Positions 19,061-29,119 of a stretch of 64,000 nucleotides of DNA are shown here, piece after piece (the first letter of the stretch is position 1; each line of letters opens with the position of its first letter). The position numbers were made by a program, and so were the translations under genes. Source of the stretch: Candidatus Marinacidobacterium sp. (GTDB lineage: Bacteria; Acidobacteriota; Vicinamibacteria; Marinacidobacterales; Marinacidobacteraceae); contig CBDCRI010000001.1 of assembly GCA_965220965.1 (NCBI GenBank), forward strand, positions 128,001 to 192,000, in the 5' to 3' direction. A model generated the notes under the pieces. That model did not search any database, was not told the origin of the DNA, and saw only the letters and a program-made list of their open reading frames with translations.

Positions 19061-21496
19061 GTGGGACTCCTCACGGACCCCGCCATGCCCGAGCCAGACG
19101 CCGCCGAAGACCCGCCCGCCTTCACCGTCCGCCCGCTGAGCCCCGGCGAGGGGCGCGCCGCCGCACTGCGCTCATGGCGCATCGAGCTGCCCGGCGGCGC
19201 GGCCTGGGACTTCTCCCTCGACGAGGGGCTGGTGCCGGTGCGCGCCTCGCTGATGGTCGGGGCGCCGCCGCGCATCTGCCTGCCGGCCGGCCTGCGGGCC
19301 GCGCTGGCCACCATCGAGGCGGGCGCCGACGACCCGGGCGACGCCCCGCTGCGGCGGGCCTGCCGGGCGCTGTGCGGGGCGCCCCTCGACCCGGCCGCCC
19401 CGGGGGCCGCCGCGCTGCTGCCCTTCACCGACCCGGCGGGCCTGGACCGGGCCGGCGCCGAGGCGCTGCTGCGGGCGGCCGAGGCGCAGGGGGCCGAGGC
19501 CCGCGATGCGGCGCTGCGCGGCCTGCCGGCGGCGCTGACCATGGACGCGGCCGACCGCCAGGCGCGCTACGACGACGACGAGGCGCGCTGGGCGGCCCTG
19601 GCCGACGCGCTGCCGCCGGCCGATGCGGAGCGGCCCCTCACCCTGGCCGACCCGCAGGCGCCGCGCAAGCTCAGCTTCATGCAGATCGACGGCGGCCTGG
19701 CGATCATCGCCACGACGCGCGACGGCGCGCCCGGCGAGGACTGCCTGTTCGTGGCCCGCCACGACCGCGCCCTCGCCCTGCCGCTGCACCGGTTCGAACG
19801 CGGGGCGGGCCACTGCGACACGGCCGCGCGCGGCCACTACCGCAGCGTGCTGCAGTCCTTCGGCTACCCGCTGCGGGCGCCCCGCGAGGTCGGGGGGCGG
19901 GGGTGGATCTACAAGAGGCGCTTCACGCACCCCGCGACCTTCCTCTCCGCAGCCCCCTGGACGCCCGCCTGGCGGCACTCGATCGCTGCCGCCCTGCGGC
20001 AGGCGCCGGACTGGCCGACCCAGCACGGCGACGGCCACGCGCTGCTCGACGCCCTCGGGGTGGCGGAGGGGTGGGGCAGCCGCCAGGGCGCGCGGGCCAT
20101 GGCGGAGGCGGACCGGCCGGGGGTGTCGCGGCGGGCGCTGGCCGGGGCCGTGCGCCGCTCGCCCAAGCGCCTGCTGGCGCTGGCGCAGCTCGGCGACGGC
20201 GCCCTGACGGACGAGGTGGCCAAGCTGGCGCCGGAGGCGGCGCGCCATTGGCCGGCGGCCGGCATCGACCCCGGCCTGCTGAAGGAGATGGACCCCGACC
20301 TGCTCGGCGAGGCCCTGCGGCCGCTGGTGGCGGAAGGCCTGCCGCCGACCGGCGACCCCGCCTTCTGGGCGTTCGTGGCGCAAAGCCCGGACATCCACCG
20401 GCGCCTGCTGCAGCTGGCGCCGGTGGAGGCCATCGACGCCGCGTTGGTCGAGGCGACGCTGGAGGCCCCGGAGGCCTCCGCCTTCCGCGACTTGGCCCAG
20501 GGCGATTTCCAGTGGGAGCGCTTCGCGCGCATCCGGGCGGCGCTTGAGGAGCGCCCGTCGCTCAGGGAGCGGGCGCTGCGCGCCCTGGCGCACGGGCCGC
20601 AGAAGCTCGCCAGGGCGCTCGAGCCGTCCGAGGACGAGCTCACCGACATGGCCGTCGCCGCCGGCGTGCCGGACTTCGGCAGGCACCACGGGGCCGACGA
20701 GGCCGCGGCGCGCCGCATCGCGGCGGCCGTCGTCAACGGCGGCCCGCCGCGCATTCTGGCGCGCTGCGTCAGGGACTGGCCCGAGAGCGTGGACTGGCCG
20801 GAGCTCGCGCCCGCCTTCGCCGCCTTCGCCGAGGCGGACAAGCCCTGGAATCTGGCGTCGCTGCCGGCGGCGTTCTGGCGGCGCCTGACCCCGGAGCAGT
20901 GCGGCGCGCTGGCCGCGGCCCACCCGGAGGGGCTGGTGGGGGAGTGGCCGCCGCTCGACGGGCCGCGCTGGGCGGCCGCGATGGCGGCGCTGCGGGCGCG
21001 GCGCCCGGCGGCGGCGGCCGCGGCGCTCGGCGAGCTCTCCTCGGCCGACTTCCGCGTCCGCAACGGCGGCCGGTTGGGCGGCGGTACCTGGCTGGGCGCC
21101 CTGCGCGCCGCCAGCCCGCAGGCGGCGGAAAGCGCCGCCGCGCTGGTCCTCGAGCAGCCCGTCCCGTTCGCGGCGGCGCTGGCCGGCGAGCTGGCGGAAG
21201 CGCTCTGCCGGGACCTCCCCGGCGGGCCGGCGCACTTCGCCCGGCTGCTCTCGCACGACCTTCCGGCGGACGCGGCGGCGGCCTGCGCGCGCGCCGCCCC
21301 GGCGCTGCTCGCGGCCTGGCCGGACGGCGACCCGCCGGCGGCGCTGCGCCGCGCGGCCGTCGAGTCGGACCCGGCGGCGGTCACGCTGCTGGCGCGCCCG
21401 ACCCCTGACGACCTGGCGGCGGCGGAGCGGGGCCGTCCGGGCCTCGCCGCCCTGCTGGCGGCCGCCAACCCCGGCCACGAGGCGCTGGCGGGATGA
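19061..21496 (+). CDS. Large hypothetical helical-repeat protein
   Basis: 811-aa ORF preceded by TATAAT and coupled to the next gene; start could be ATG 19085. Confidence 0.7.
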   Translation: MGLLTDPAMPEPDAAEDPPAFTVRPLSPGEGRAAALRSWRIELPGGAAWDFSLDEGLVPVRASLMVGAPPRICLPAGLRAALATIEAGADDPGDAPLRRACRALCGAPLDPAAPGAAALLPFTDPAGLDRAGAEALLRAAEAQGAEARDAALRGLPAALTMDAADRQARYDDDEARWAALADALPPADAERPLTLADPQAPRKLSFMQIDGGLAIIATTRDGAPGEDCLFVARHDRALALPLHRFERGAGHCDTAARGHYRSVLQSFGYPLRAPREVGGRGWIYKRRFTHPATFLSAAPWTPAWRHSIAAALRQAPDWPTQHGDGHALLDALGVAEGWGSRQGARAMAEADRPGVSRRALAGAVRRSPKRLLALAQLGDGALTDEVAKLAPEAARHWPAAGIDPGLLKEMDPDLLGEALRPLVAEGLPPTGDPAFWAFVAQSPDIHRRLLQLAPVEAIDAALVEATLEAPEASAFRDLAQGDFQWERFARIRAALEERPSLRERALRALAHGPQKLARALEPSEDELTDMAVAAGVPDFGRHHGADEAAARRIAAAVVNGGPPRILARCVRDWPESVDWPELAPAFAAFAEADKPWNLASLPAAFWRRLTPEQCGALAAAHPEGLVGEWPPLDGPRWAAAMAALRARRPAAAAAALGELSSADFRVRNGGRLGGGTWLGALRAASPQAAESAAALVLEQPVPFAAALAGELAEALCRDLPGGPAHFARLLSHDLPADAAAACARAAPALLAAWPDGDPPAALRRAAVESDPAAVTLLARPTPDDLAAAERGRPGLAALLAAANPGHEALAG

Positions 21497-21858
21497 GCGC
21501 GGCGTCGCCCTGCACCGGCCTGTGCGTGCTCGGCCCGGACGACGCGGTCTGCCGCGGCTGCCTGCGCTCGGCCGGCGAGATCGCCGCCTGGGCCGGGGCC
21601 GGCGAGGCGGCCCGCCAGGCGGTCCTGCGGCGCCTCAGGGCGGTGCAGGACCGCGCCGTGAGGGCGGTGCTGCCGGACTCGGAGATCGAGTCCCTCGGCG
21701 GCACGCCGGCCGCCGCCGTGGGCCGCCTGGAGGCGGCCGCGGCGCGGGCCCAGGCGCCCCCGCCGCTGGCGCTGGCCTGCGACGAGGCGCACCTGCTCAT
21801 GCGCATCCGCGCCGAGGCCGTCCACCTGTCCATCGCATCCTTGGAGGAACCCCCATGA
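21493..21858 (+). CDS. DUF1289-like Cys-rich protein
   Basis: SPCTGLC...CRGCLRS..EI..W. Confidence 0.8.
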   Translation: MSAASPCTGLCVLGPDDAVCRGCLRSAGEIAAWAGAGEAARQAVLRRLRAVQDRAVRAVLPDSEIESLGGTPAAAVGRLEAAAARAQAPPPLALACDEAHLLMRIRAEAVHLSIASLEEPP

Positions 21859-22559
21859 CCCATCCCGTGCACCACGCGCAAAGCTCCGCCCGCCAGTACA
21901 AGGGCGAATGGGAGGAGTACGTCCACGTCCACTCCTGGCTCGACGCCACCAAGGCGCACTGCGCCGACTTCCGGCACCGGGCGCTGCGCCACCACTCCCA
22001 AGGGATATTCTGGGCCCAGGACCGCTTCGGGAAGGCGATCATCAACTCCGCCGGGTTGCCCGCGCCGGTGCGCTACGTCGCCGAGATCCACATCCTGGAG
22101 GACTGCAGCACCATCCCCACGCTCTCCGACTGGGCGCGCGAGCTGCGCGTGCCGGACTGGTGGCGGGGGGACCTCGACGCCCGCGCCCACGCGCGCGCCT
22201 CCGCCGAGGAGTTCGGCGGGCATCCCGGCGACCACCTGTGGGTGCATGAGTGGCTCGACAAGCCGCGCAAGTGGCTCCCGGAGGTCTGGGGCTGGGTGCG
22301 CCACAACGCGGAGGAGGTGCACGAGATGGCGACCCTGCGCCCCTCCTACCGGCTGGCCAACGGCCGGCTGGCGGACACCCGCGCCGTCGCCGAGGCGCAC
22401 GTGCGGCGCACCTGCGAGGGCCGGGTGCCGCCCGCCTGCGACTGGCTGCGCCGGTTCCGCCGATGCCGGTGGATGGCGAAACCGTCCCGCGTCCGGGTCG
22501 ACGCCAACGGGCGCCCGCGGGCGGGCGGCAACCTCACCCGCCCCGCCGTGCCGCCGTGA
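21855..22559 (+). CDS. DUF6915-like protein, two tandem domains
   Basis: MTHPVHHAQSS...HSWLDATK...DFRHRALRHHSQGIF, followed by a second diverged copy. Confidence 0.75.
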   Translation: MTHPVHHAQSSARQYKGEWEEYVHVHSWLDATKAHCADFRHRALRHHSQGIFWAQDRFGKAIINSAGLPAPVRYVAEIHILEDCSTIPTLSDWARELRVPDWWRGDLDARAHARASAEEFGGHPGDHLWVHEWLDKPRKWLPEVWGWVRHNAEEVHEMATLRPSYRLANGRLADTRAVAEAHVRRTCEGRVPPACDWLRRFRRCRWMAKPSRVRVDANGRPRAGGNLTRPAVPP

Positions 22560-24571
22560 GCGCGATCACGCTCAACCCCGAGCAGGCGCAGGCCTGCGCG
22601 CAGCTGGAGGGGCCCTGCCTGGTGGTGGCGGGGGCCGGCAGCGGCAAGACGCGCATCATCATCGAGCGGACCGCGCGCCTGATCGAGTCCGGCAAGGCGC
22701 TGCCCGGCAACCTGCTGATCGTGACCTTCACCAACAAGGCGGCCGACGAGATCAAGCAGCGCATCGCCGACCGCATCGGCCACGAGGGCGAGCTCATCGT
22801 CGCCGGCACCTTCCACAGCGTGCTGCACCGCGAGCTGCTCGGCCGCGCCGACACCCTGGCCGCCAGCTTCGAGGACCTCGACGCGCTCGGCCACCAGTTC
22901 GGCAGCCACGAGATCCTCGACGAGGACGCCGCCCGCAAGCTGCTCAAGGAGGCCATCGAGGAGTGCGGGGCCGAGGTCGAGGTCGCCGAGGCGGCCGAGC
23001 GCATGGGCCTGCTGCGCGCCCGCGGGCTGACCGCCGAGGCCTACCGCGGCCGCGCCGGCCCCGAGGAGGCCGGGCTGGTGGCGGCGTGGACGCGCTACGA
23101 GGAGCGCCTGGCGGAGTCCAACGCGCTCGACTTCGACGGCATCCTGATCGCCGCCCTGCGCCTGCTCGAGGAGGTGCCCGGCGTGGCCGAGGCGTTCGCC
23201 GCCGAGTTCCACTACCTGGCCGTCGACGAGTTCCAGGACACCAACCCGGTGCAGGGACGCATCCTGGACCGGATCATGGCCGGCGCGGCGCACGACAACC
23301 TCTGCGCGGTCGGCGACGAGAAGCAGTCGATCTACGGCTTCCGGGGCAGCGACATCGGCATCATCCTCAGCTTCCGCCGGCAGCACCCGAACGCCACCGT
23401 CATCAACATGAACCGCAACTACCGCAGCCAGCCGGGGATCATCCGGGCGGCCAACGCCTGCGCGGCGGCGATGGCCGAGCGGGTGACCGACGGGCGGCTG
23501 CTGGCCGAGGCGCCGCACCCGGCGCTGCCGTGCCTGGTCCGCGAGGACCGCAACCCCTGGGCCGAGGGCGAGCGCATCGCCCGGGCGGTCCGCGAGCAGG
23601 TGCGCCAGGGCGCCAGCCTCGACCAGGTGGCGGTGCTGTACCGCTACCGCGTCGCCAAGGACCCCATCGAGCGGGCGTTCCTGCGCGAGGGGCTGCCGTA
23701 CGTGATCGTCGGCGACGCCAGCTTCTGGCGGCGCTCGCACATCCGCGACGCGATGGCCTTCCTGACCTGCATCACCAAGCCCTGGGCCACCCACGCCACC
23801 CTGCGCACCGTCGAGGGCAGCGCCTCGTTCGGGACCTCGCGCAAGCGGCTGCAGTCGATCGCGGAGGCGAAGGGCGTCTCCATGACCAAGGCGATGGAGG
23901 AGGTGGCCGCGGAGACCGGCAAGGCCGGCCCCAAGCAGTCGGCCCGCAGGATGGCGGCCTACCTCGCGCACCGCGACGCGCTGCGCGACCTGCAGGCCAC
24001 CGGCTACGACCCCGGCGAGCTGGTCGCCCACGCCAAGCGCTTCTGGTCGATCGTCATGGCGCCCAAGTGGGCGCGCCGGGAGGAGGGGCGGCACCTGAAG
24101 CGCGTGGAGAGGGACGTCGACGTGCTGCTCGGCCTGCTTGAGGAGCGCCTGCGCAAGGGGATGGCGTGGGACCAGGCGATGGACGAGATGGCTTTTCTTT
24201 CGGTGGCCAAGCGCGGCGAGGCGCCGGCCGTCACCCTGTCCACGGTGCACTCGGCGAAGGGCCTGGAGTGGGACCACGTGCACTACGCCGGCCTCAACGA
24301 CCTGCGCGAGCGCCAGCGGGACGACCCCGACGAGCGCGAGGAGGAGCGCCGCGTGTTCTACGTCGGCATAACGCGCGCCCGCAAGACGCTCGACCTCTCC
24401 CTGCCGCTGGAGCAGGCGCCGCGGCCCGGAGCCCCGCCGGAGACCGGGCTCATGCCGTCCCGCTTCCTGCAGGAGGTGGTCGACGCCGGGGCGGCCCGCT
24501 TCGCCGACCGGCAGGCCCCGAACCGGCGCCACGGAACGGCCGCGGCCCCGCCGGCCGCGCAGTTGCAATAA
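22556..24571 (+). CDS. UvrD/PcrA-like SF1 helicase
   Basis: AGAGSGKT, TFTNKAA, GTFHS, VDEFQDTN, VGDEKQSIYGFRG, NYRS, TVHSAKGLEW, YVGITRA. Confidence 0.95.
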   Translation: MSAITLNPEQAQACAQLEGPCLVVAGAGSGKTRIIIERTARLIESGKALPGNLLIVTFTNKAADEIKQRIADRIGHEGELIVAGTFHSVLHRELLGRADTLAASFEDLDALGHQFGSHEILDEDAARKLLKEAIEECGAEVEVAEAAERMGLLRARGLTAEAYRGRAGPEEAGLVAAWTRYEERLAESNALDFDGILIAALRLLEEVPGVAEAFAAEFHYLAVDEFQDTNPVQGRILDRIMAGAAHDNLCAVGDEKQSIYGFRGSDIGIILSFRRQHPNATVINMNRNYRSQPGIIRAANACAAAMAERVTDGRLLAEAPHPALPCLVREDRNPWAEGERIARAVREQVRQGASLDQVAVLYRYRVAKDPIERAFLREGLPYVIVGDASFWRRSHIRDAMAFLTCITKPWATHATLRTVEGSASFGTSRKRLQSIAEAKGVSMTKAMEEVAAETGKAGPKQSARRMAAYLAHRDALRDLQATGYDPGELVAHAKRFWSIVMAPKWARREEGRHLKRVERDVDVLLGLLEERLRKGMAWDQAMDEMAFLSVAKRGEAPAVTLSTVHSAKGLEWDHVHYAGLNDLRERQRDDPDEREEERRVFYVGITRARKTLDLSLPLEQAPRPGAPPETGLMPSRFLQEVVDAGAARFADRQAPNRRHGTAAAPPAAQLQ

Positions 24572-24600
24572 TCCGGGTCCGGCCCCCAGGGGGCCGGGCT

Positions 24601-24618
24601 ATGGTATAATACATGTAT
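24601..24618 (+). promoter_or_regulatory. Extended -10 promoter ATGGTATAATACATGTAT
   Basis: 16/18 match to the rtcB/RNA-ligase promoter motif. Confidence 0.7.
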
Positions 24619-24667
24619 CACCCAAGGGGGGCTGCGCGGCGCGCCCGGCCCCGCCGCGGAGGGCGCG

Positions 24668-25552
24668 ATGCCAGCCAGTCCCGACAAGCCCGACAAGCTC
24701 GTCTTCGCCGTCAACCTCTCCGGGGGGCGCAGCTCCGCCTACATGCTGCACCACCTGCTGGAGCGCCACGGCGGCGCCCTGCCGCCCAACTGGGTGACCG
24801 TGTACTGCAACACCGGCAAGGAGCGCGAGGAGACCTTGGAGTTCGTGCGGCGCATCGGCGAGTCCTGGGGCGTGGACGTCCACTGGCTGGAGTACCGGCA
24901 CCGGCCGCAGGCGGCCGGCGGGGCCAAGGACCCGCGGCACGTCGCGGTGCGCGTCGACCACGCCTCCGCCAGCCGCCGGGGCGAGCCGTTCCAGGCGCTG
25001 ATGCGCGCCAAGAACCTGATCCCGCACGACACGTTCCGGCTCTGCACCGCGGAGCTGAAGATCGAGACCCAGCGGCGCTACCTGCGCCGCGAGCTCGGCG
25101 CCACCCACGTCATCTCGCTGATCGGCCTGCGCTTCGACGAGCCCCGGCGCTGGATGAAGCGCAAGGAGGACGCCGCCGTCGAGATGCCGCTGGTCGCCGC
25201 GCGGCGCACCGCCGCCGACGTGCAGGCGTTCTGGCGCGCGCACCCGTTCGACCTCGGCATTCCCAGCTGGAAGGGCAACTGCGACCTGTGCTTCCTAAAG
25301 TCCAAGGCCAACCTCGTGGCGACCATCCGCGAGGAGCCCTGGCGCGCCGACTGGTGGCTGGCGGCGGAGGCCTGGCGCCGCGACGCCACCTACGGCGCCG
25401 GCGCCAAGGCCAGGGCGGAGAACGCGCAGATGTCGCAGTCGCGCAGCTTCGCCGACCTGGTCCGCCTGGCCCGGGAGGGCGACCTGTTCGAGGGCTTCGG
25501 CGAGGTCGGCGACGAGCCGGCCATCGACTGCTTCTGCGGCGAGAGCGCCTAG
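24668..25552 (+). CDS. PAPS reductase/CysH-like (PP-loop) protein
   Basis: SGGRSS PP-loop, NTGKE, CTAELK, NCDLCFLK, C-terminal CFC. Confidence 0.85.
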   Translation: MPASPDKPDKLVFAVNLSGGRSSAYMLHHLLERHGGALPPNWVTVYCNTGKEREETLEFVRRIGESWGVDVHWLEYRHRPQAAGGAKDPRHVAVRVDHASASRRGEPFQALMRAKNLIPHDTFRLCTAELKIETQRRYLRRELGATHVISLIGLRFDEPRRWMKRKEDAAVEMPLVAARRTAADVQAFWRAHPFDLGIPSWKGNCDLCFLKSKANLVATIREEPWRADWWLAAEAWRRDATYGAGAKARAENAQMSQSRSFADLVRLAREGDLFEGFGEVGDEPAIDCFCGESA

Positions 25553-25580
25553 CCCCGGCCCACCGATCCGAGGAGGCCCC

Positions 25581-26237
25581 GTGGAAAGCATCCTGTCCTG
25601 CCCCATCGCGCTGGTCGACGGCCGCTTCCGCGGGCGCGCCCACATCGGCCCCGCCGAGGCCGAGGAGCTCGCCCGCGCCTTGGCCGCGGCCGGCGACTTC
25701 CGCCCCCGCGAGGGGGTGGAGGCCGACGCCGGCCGCGCCCAGCCGATCGGCATCGTGGTGGTGCGCGACCCGCAGGGCGGCGTGCTGCGGCTGCGGCGCC
25801 GGGAGCCGGACGGCGCCGGGCCGCTGCACGGCCGGGCCGTCGTCTGGGTGGGCGGCCACTGCGACGCCGGCGACGGCCAGGGCGGGCCGCCCCTGCTGCG
25901 CTGCGCCCTGCGCGAGCTGCGCGAGGAGCTCGGCGCGGACGCCGGCGACGGGCGCGCCCTGCGGCCGCTGGGGGCGGTGCGCTCCTACGGCAGCGCACGG
26001 GCGCGCATGCACTTCGGCGTCGCCTGGGAGTGGGTCGCCGGGGCGGACGCCGGACTCGCGCCGTGCGCGGAGGAGTTCATGGCCGGCGGCGCCCGGTTCG
26101 CCGACCCCGGCGCGCTGGGCCGCGAGGCCGGCGACCCCGGCTCAGCCCTCGACGGCTGGTCGCGCGCGCTCATCCGCCACGCCCTGGCGGCGCCCGCCGC
26201 CGCGCCTGGCCGCCGTCCCGCCCGGGCCGCGCCCTGA
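25581..26237 (+). CDS. NUDIX-fold hydrolase-like protein
   Basis: VGGHCD...RELREELG. Confidence 0.7.
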   Translation: MESILSCPIALVDGRFRGRAHIGPAEAEELARALAAAGDFRPREGVEADAGRAQPIGIVVVRDPQGGVLRLRRREPDGAGPLHGRAVVWVGGHCDAGDGQGGPPLLRCALRELREELGADAGDGRALRPLGAVRSYGSARARMHFGVAWEWVAGADAGLAPCAEEFMAGGARFADPGALGREAGDPGSALDGWSRALIRHALAAPAAAPGRRPARAAP

Positions 26238-26263
26238 GCCCGGCCGGCCCCTCAGCCAGCCCG

Positions 26264-26566
26264 CTAGGCCCCGTCGTCGGAGCGGGCGAGCACCGCCCCT
26301 TGCGGCCGCGCCCGGGCGTCAAGCAGCACGATCACGTGGTCCGGGCCGCACTCCATGGCCCCATGGAAGGCCGTCCAGGCCTCCTCGAGGCGCCGGTGGG
26401 CGGACAGCCGAACGCCCAGGTCGCGCGGGTCGGCGCCGGAGCGGACGAGGTCCGCCTCGCCGACCGAGCTGACCAGCCAGCGCGGCGGCGCCGCATGCCG
26501 GCCGGCCCAGTCCCCGTCGACGGCGCGCGCGACGCGGCGCGGGGCCGGCCCTGCGGCAGGGGTCAT
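26264..26566 (-). CDS. Small hypothetical protein
   Basis: ATGA overlap with the DUF4326 stop codon. Confidence 0.5.
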   Translation of the reverse strand: MTPAAGPAPRRVARAVDGDWAGRHAAPPRWLVSSVGEADLVRSGADPRDLGVRLSAHRRLEEAWTAFHGAMECGPDHVIVLLDARARPQGAVLARSDDGA

Positions 26567-26889
26567 GGCCCGCAGGCCGGCTCGCCCGAGGGCCGGCGCA
26601 GCCGGGCGGCGGCCCAGGCGGCGGCCCGCGCCAGCGTCTCCCCGTGGCAGGGCAGGGGCGCGCAGTGGCAGGCGAGGTCGCGCCCGTGCAGGGCCGCCAG
26701 GGCCCCCAGCGGCACCTCGCCGGCACGGATGCGGCGCCACAGGTCGGCCCGGTGCCGGGCGATGACCTGCCCGCGGTCGCCGTCGCGGCCGATCACGAAC
26801 GGATTGCCCCAAGGGGTGCGCCGGTCGATGCGCACCGCGCCCCTGGACAGCGCGTCGGGCTCCCGTTCGAGGTTGACGATGCGGGCCAC
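26563..26889 (-). CDS. DUF4326-like protein
   Basis: IDRRTPWGNPF and GRDLACHCAPLPCHGETL. Confidence 0.88.
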   Translation of the reverse strand: MARIVNLEREPDALSRGAVRIDRRTPWGNPFVIGRDGDRGQVIARHRADLWRRIRAGEVPLGALAALHGRDLACHCAPLPCHGETLARAAAWAAARLRRPSGEPACGP

Positions 26890-26897
26890 GGCGCCGC

Positions 26898-27449
26898 CTA
26901 GCCGGGGGCCATGCGGGCCGACGGGGTCGCGGCCGGCGCCGCATCCGCCGCCGCGGCGATGCCCAGGATGCGCATGGCCTCCGGGGACAGCGCCATGACC
27001 GCAACGCTGCCGAAGCGGGTGGGCACCCGGGCGCCGGTGGGGCTGGCGACGCCGGCGCGCTGCAGCAGCGCCTCGGCGCCCTCCGCCTCCACCCCCGCCG
27101 CGAGGTGGATCTCGCCGGGGCGGCGCTCGACGCCCGCGAAGCGGGCCGTCAGGCGTCCGCCGCAGCCGATGCCCGGGTAGCCGGCGGGGTCGCCGTCAAG
27201 GCCGTGCATCGCCGGGTCGCCGATGCGCAGCATCTCACGCTCGAAGTCCTCCTCCGGGGGCAGGGCCAGGTACAGGTCGGCGCCGCCGTCGGGATGGCCG
27301 CGCCCCACGACCCGGGCGTGGGCGTCGGGCGCAGCGGCGGGCATCTCGCGTCCCGGGGCCTCGATGAGGCCGGTGACGAAGCGCCACTCGCCGAAGCGCT
27401 CCAGCCAGTCGTTGAAGGCCGGGTTGGGCCTGCCCAGGGAATCGTCCAT
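26898..27449 (-). CDS. Hypothetical protein divergent from the cas operon
   Basis: Protein-like ORF with a TACAAT -10-like element upstream. Confidence 0.65.
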   Translation of the reverse strand: MDDSLGRPNPAFNDWLERFGEWRFVTGLIEAPGREMPAAAPDAHARVVGRGHPDGGADLYLALPPEEDFEREMLRIGDPAMHGLDGDPAGYPGIGCGGRLTARFAGVERRPGEIHLAAGVEAEGAEALLQRAGVASPTGARVPTRFGSVAVMALSPEAMRILGIAAAADAAPAATPSARMAPG

Positions 27450-27532
27450 TGCGCGCGCTCCGCTTGAATGAGGTCACCCCATTGTAGGAACGCGGCCCCG
27501 GCACGGCCCCGCGCCGCTTGAGGGCGCGCGCC

Positions 27533-27545
27533 TATGGTATAATAC
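27533..27545 (+). promoter_or_regulatory. Extended -10 promoter of the cas operon (TATGGTATAATAC)
   Basis: TGnTATAAT about 30 bp before cas8e. Confidence 0.7.
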
Positions 27546-27571
27546 GGCCACCGCACCGCCCGGGGCCGACC

Positions 27572-29119
27572 TTGAACCTCCTGAACGAGCGCATCTTCTC
27601 CATCGCCGGCCGCGGGCCGGCGTCGCTGCCCGGCACGCTCGCTGCGCTGTCGGCCGGGGAGGCGCCCGGCTTCGCCGCCCTGCGGCCCCACCAACGGGCG
27701 GGCTGGCACAGCCTCCTCGTCCAGCTCGGCGCCCTGGCCTGCCTCGAGGCGGGCTCCGACGCGCTGCCGGGGGACGAGGGCGCCTGGGCCGACCGGCTGC
27801 GCGCCCTCACGCCGGAGCACCCCGACGACGCCCCTTGGCGTCTCGTGGCGGACGACCCCAGGGCGCCCGCCTTCCTGCAGCCCCCCGACCCCGGCATCGA
27901 GCGCTGGGCCGAGGTCGCCACCCCGGACGGCATCGACCTGCTGGCGCAGTCGCGCAACCACGACCTCAAGCGCGCGGCCGCAATGGGCGCCCAGGCCGAG
28001 GACTGGGTCTTCGCGCTGGTCTCCATCCAGACCGGCGGCGGCACCTACGGCCGCGGCCGCCACCCCATCGCCCGAATGAACCGCGGCTTCTCCAGCCGCT
28101 TCCTCATGGGCCTCGCCCCGGCCGGCGAGGGCGAGGCCGACTGCACGGTGGACCCGTCCGCCTGGTGGCGGCGCGACGTCCGCCGCCTGCTCGGCGAACG
28201 GCGGGCGGACGGCGGCGCGGACGGCCTGCGCGGCGACGCGCTGCTGTGGACGCTCGACTGGGAGGAGGGGGAGCAGCTGCGCCTCGAGACGCTCGACCCG
28301 CTGTTCGTCGAGGTCTGCCGCCGGATCCGCCTGCGGGCGGCGGGCGACGGGCTGCGCGCGGACCGCGCCGGCTCGGCGCGGGCGCGGATCGACGCCCAGG
28401 ACCGGCGCGGCAACGTGGGCGACCCGTGGGCGCCCGTCCACGCCAAGAAGGGCAGCACGCTGACCTACGCGGGCGGCGGCCTCGGCTCCAAGCTGGTCTG
28501 CCAGCTCCTGTTCAGCGGCGACTGGACGCTGCCGCCGCTGGCCCGCCCGGGGCCCGAGGACGCCGGCCCGATGGTGCTCGTCCTGGAGGCGCTGGCGCGC
28601 GGCCAGGGCAAGACCAACGGCCACGCACGGCGCCAGATCCGGGTGCCGGCGCTGGCCGTGCCCGCGCTCGGCGAGGCCGCCACGGCCGATGCCGCCAAGC
28701 GGCTCCGGGAATGGGTCGACGCGGGCTTCGCCGCAGTGCGCCAGGCGCTGGGGGCGGCCGCATCGAGCCAGGGCGGGCGGCCGGGACGGCGCGCCGGGCG
28801 CCAGTCGCTCGACGGGGCCAAGGCGTTCCTCGCCGAGGCCGACCAAGGCTTCTTCCCGGCCCTGTGGCGCCAGGTCGAGGCCGACCGCACGTCGGCGGCG
28901 GCGTCCGAGGCGGCCTCGCTGGAGAACCGCCTGTGGCTGCTCGACGCGGCCCGGCGCGCCAGCGCCCGCGCGGCCGCGGCGACGTCCTGCCCGCCCGCGC
29001 TGCGGCCGGCGCTGGCGGCCCGCGCCGGCGGCCTGGCCGAGTTCCGGCTGCGCGCCCTGCCCGAGTTCGCGGACCTCCCGGACGCCGCGGACCGTGACCG
29101 CGATGCCGGCGACGGCTGA
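27572..29119 (+). CDS. cas8e: Type I-E large subunit Cas8e (CasA/Cse1)
   Basis: NLLNE N-terminus, PAFLQP, EVCRRIRL, DPW; first gene of the Cascade operon. Confidence 0.85.
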   Translation: MNLLNERIFSIAGRGPASLPGTLAALSAGEAPGFAALRPHQRAGWHSLLVQLGALACLEAGSDALPGDEGAWADRLRALTPEHPDDAPWRLVADDPRAPAFLQPPDPGIERWAEVATPDGIDLLAQSRNHDLKRAAAMGAQAEDWVFALVSIQTGGGTYGRGRHPIARMNRGFSSRFLMGLAPAGEGEADCTVDPSAWWRRDVRRLLGERRADGGADGLRGDALLWTLDWEEGEQLRLETLDPLFVEVCRRIRLRAAGDGLRADRAGSARARIDAQDRRGNVGDPWAPVHAKKGSTLTYAGGGLGSKLVCQLLFSGDWTLPPLARPGPEDAGPMVLVLEALARGQGKTNGHARRQIRVPALAVPALGEAATADAAKRLREWVDAGFAAVRQALGAAASSQGGRPGRRAGRQSLDGAKAFLAEADQGFFPALWRQVEADRTSAAASEAASLENRLWLLDAARRASARAAAATSCPPALRPALAARAGGLAEFRLRALPEFADLPDAADRDRDAGDG

